A stretch of DNA of 64,000 bases, from NCBI GenBank assembly GCA_963575745.1, contig CAUYUJ010000140.1:1-64000 (forward strand), read 5' to 3'. The translations under genes were made by a program, and so were the position numbers. The stretch is from Prorocentrum cordatum. Its lineage: Eukaryota. Of the stretch, positions 62,679 through 64,000 are shown in pieces. Position 1 is the first letter of the stretch. Each line of letters starts with the position of its first letter. Under the pieces are notes generated by a model. The model made no database searches. It had not been told where the DNA came from and saw only the letters and a list, made by a program, of their open reading frames with translations.

Positions 62679-63842
62679 ATATGCACAACAAACATGCAAC
62701 AGAGGACTGCGTATTCGAGATGATATGTCGAATTTGCAACGCACCGCATTCTTGCAACGCTCGAGACAAGATTCTGAATGCGTTCACACGCAAGTTGATC
62801 ATACTTTCCTATATGCATGGCCAAGAAAAGTCCAAGAAATGCTTGCGCTTTTGAACGCAACATTCAAGGACATTGCAATGCAACAACCTGGTTTTCAAGT
62901 AAGCATGTATAAGTTAGCGAACTTAGTAACTTTGCGAGTTCAAGCTATCTGCCTCCAACTGCACCACCCGAGTTAGCCGACTTAGTAGCGCTACTAATGC
63001 TTATAACCGACTTGTAACATGGTTACAACTGAAGCTAACAATTAGTAAAACCGAGGGCCTTCAGAGGGGGGGGGGTCGAACTGGTAGTGACCACCCCCCG
63101 GTTTTCCGCCAGCAGCGGTAGAACAGGCTCTTTCCGTCCTTATACGCCAACGCTGCCCCTGGAGAGGGGCCTCTGGAGGCCAACGTCGGTCGCCAACGTC
63201 GGTCGCCAGTCCAGGGTGACGCCTGCCGGAACCCGCAGGCGCGCTGAGCCGTGCACCATCGCCGCCTCGGAGAGCGCGGTGTAGCCGGAGTGGTCCACCG
63301 CCTCGAGGTGAGGAGCGGGCGGGCGAAACGCGGAATCCGATGGACCTCCTCCGCCCCCAGGGCCGCCCGTCACAAGACGGCCGACAAGTGCACAGCCCTA
63401 CGGCATCACGGGGGGGTGGAAGCTCTCCAGCCGCCCTGGGACGGTCGCCCACGATAGCGGAAAAGTCTGTCAGACCTTGTTCGTCCGCCAGATGACGGGA
63501 GGACCTTTCTGTGCCACCTCCAACAGACGGCCGAGTGTGAACCTAACCCCTGCAGGTCAGATTTCTGAAACACCGCGGGGGCTCAGAACTCGAAGGGGGC
63601 TTCGGCCAATTGAACCCCAACGGGGTGTCTGGACCAGCAGGAGTAATCGCGCAGTGTCTTCGATACCTATCCCAATGATGGGAAACTGTATTCCACAGGC
63701 TTAGTGACGGATTGGGGCCCCAACTTTTGAAAGTGATTATTCCAATGCGGCGGCCACCGTCCAGGCCTCTGCTATAGTCGTCGACGCCGCCGTCGTCGTC
63801 ATCGCACTCGCACGCCACGTGCTGGTGATATGCCGAAAAAAC

Positions 63843-64000
63843 CTCCTCCTCCTCCTCCTCCTCCTCCTCCTCTCCCTCCTCCCCTCCTCCTCCTCCTGTT
63901 TCCTCCTCCTCCTCCTCCTCCTCTCTCCTCCTCATCCTCATCCTCATCCTCATCTCATCATCCTCATCCTCATCCTCATCTCATCCTCATCCATCCTCAT
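63843..64000 (+). repeat. (CCT)n / (CATCCT)n microsatellite
   Basis: Directly visible. Confidence 0.9.

Noticed and set aside
59624..63473. Degenerate inverted repeat CTGASAGACTTT around the low-GC island
   Set aside because: Short and gapped, with no target-site duplication.

Overview
GC-rich, repeat-dense eukaryotic DNA, very probably dinoflagellate (inferred from relic spliced-leader copies upstream of several genes, almost all genes on the minus strand, and the style of an RCC1-repeat gene). The main structure is a 41,817-bp DNA transposon at 3498-45314. It is bounded by a perfect 19-bp terminal inverted repeat (TTCAGATGTCACGGGCCCC) and a perfect 8-bp target-site duplication (TCCTACAG). 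Near its right end it encodes a multi-exon hAT-like DDE transposase (YDETP / TDGD..CFAH / RGW / IERNHS) with an HMG-box-like region and a Cys/His-rich tail, and it carries uncharacterised cargo genes. One cargo gene is split by a second 16.9-kb TIR element (10203-27071) whose removal restores the frame and a CxxC..CxxC motif. The giant element appears to sit in an intron of another, related transposase gene. Also present: two families of non-autonomous Helitron2-like elements, a ~145-bp palindromic satellite, small hairpin MITEs inside exons, an RCC1-repeat gene, and a decayed ParB-like gene. Most long ORFs in the supplied track are low-complexity artefacts. All protein-family calls are by-eye motif recognition; no database searches were run.
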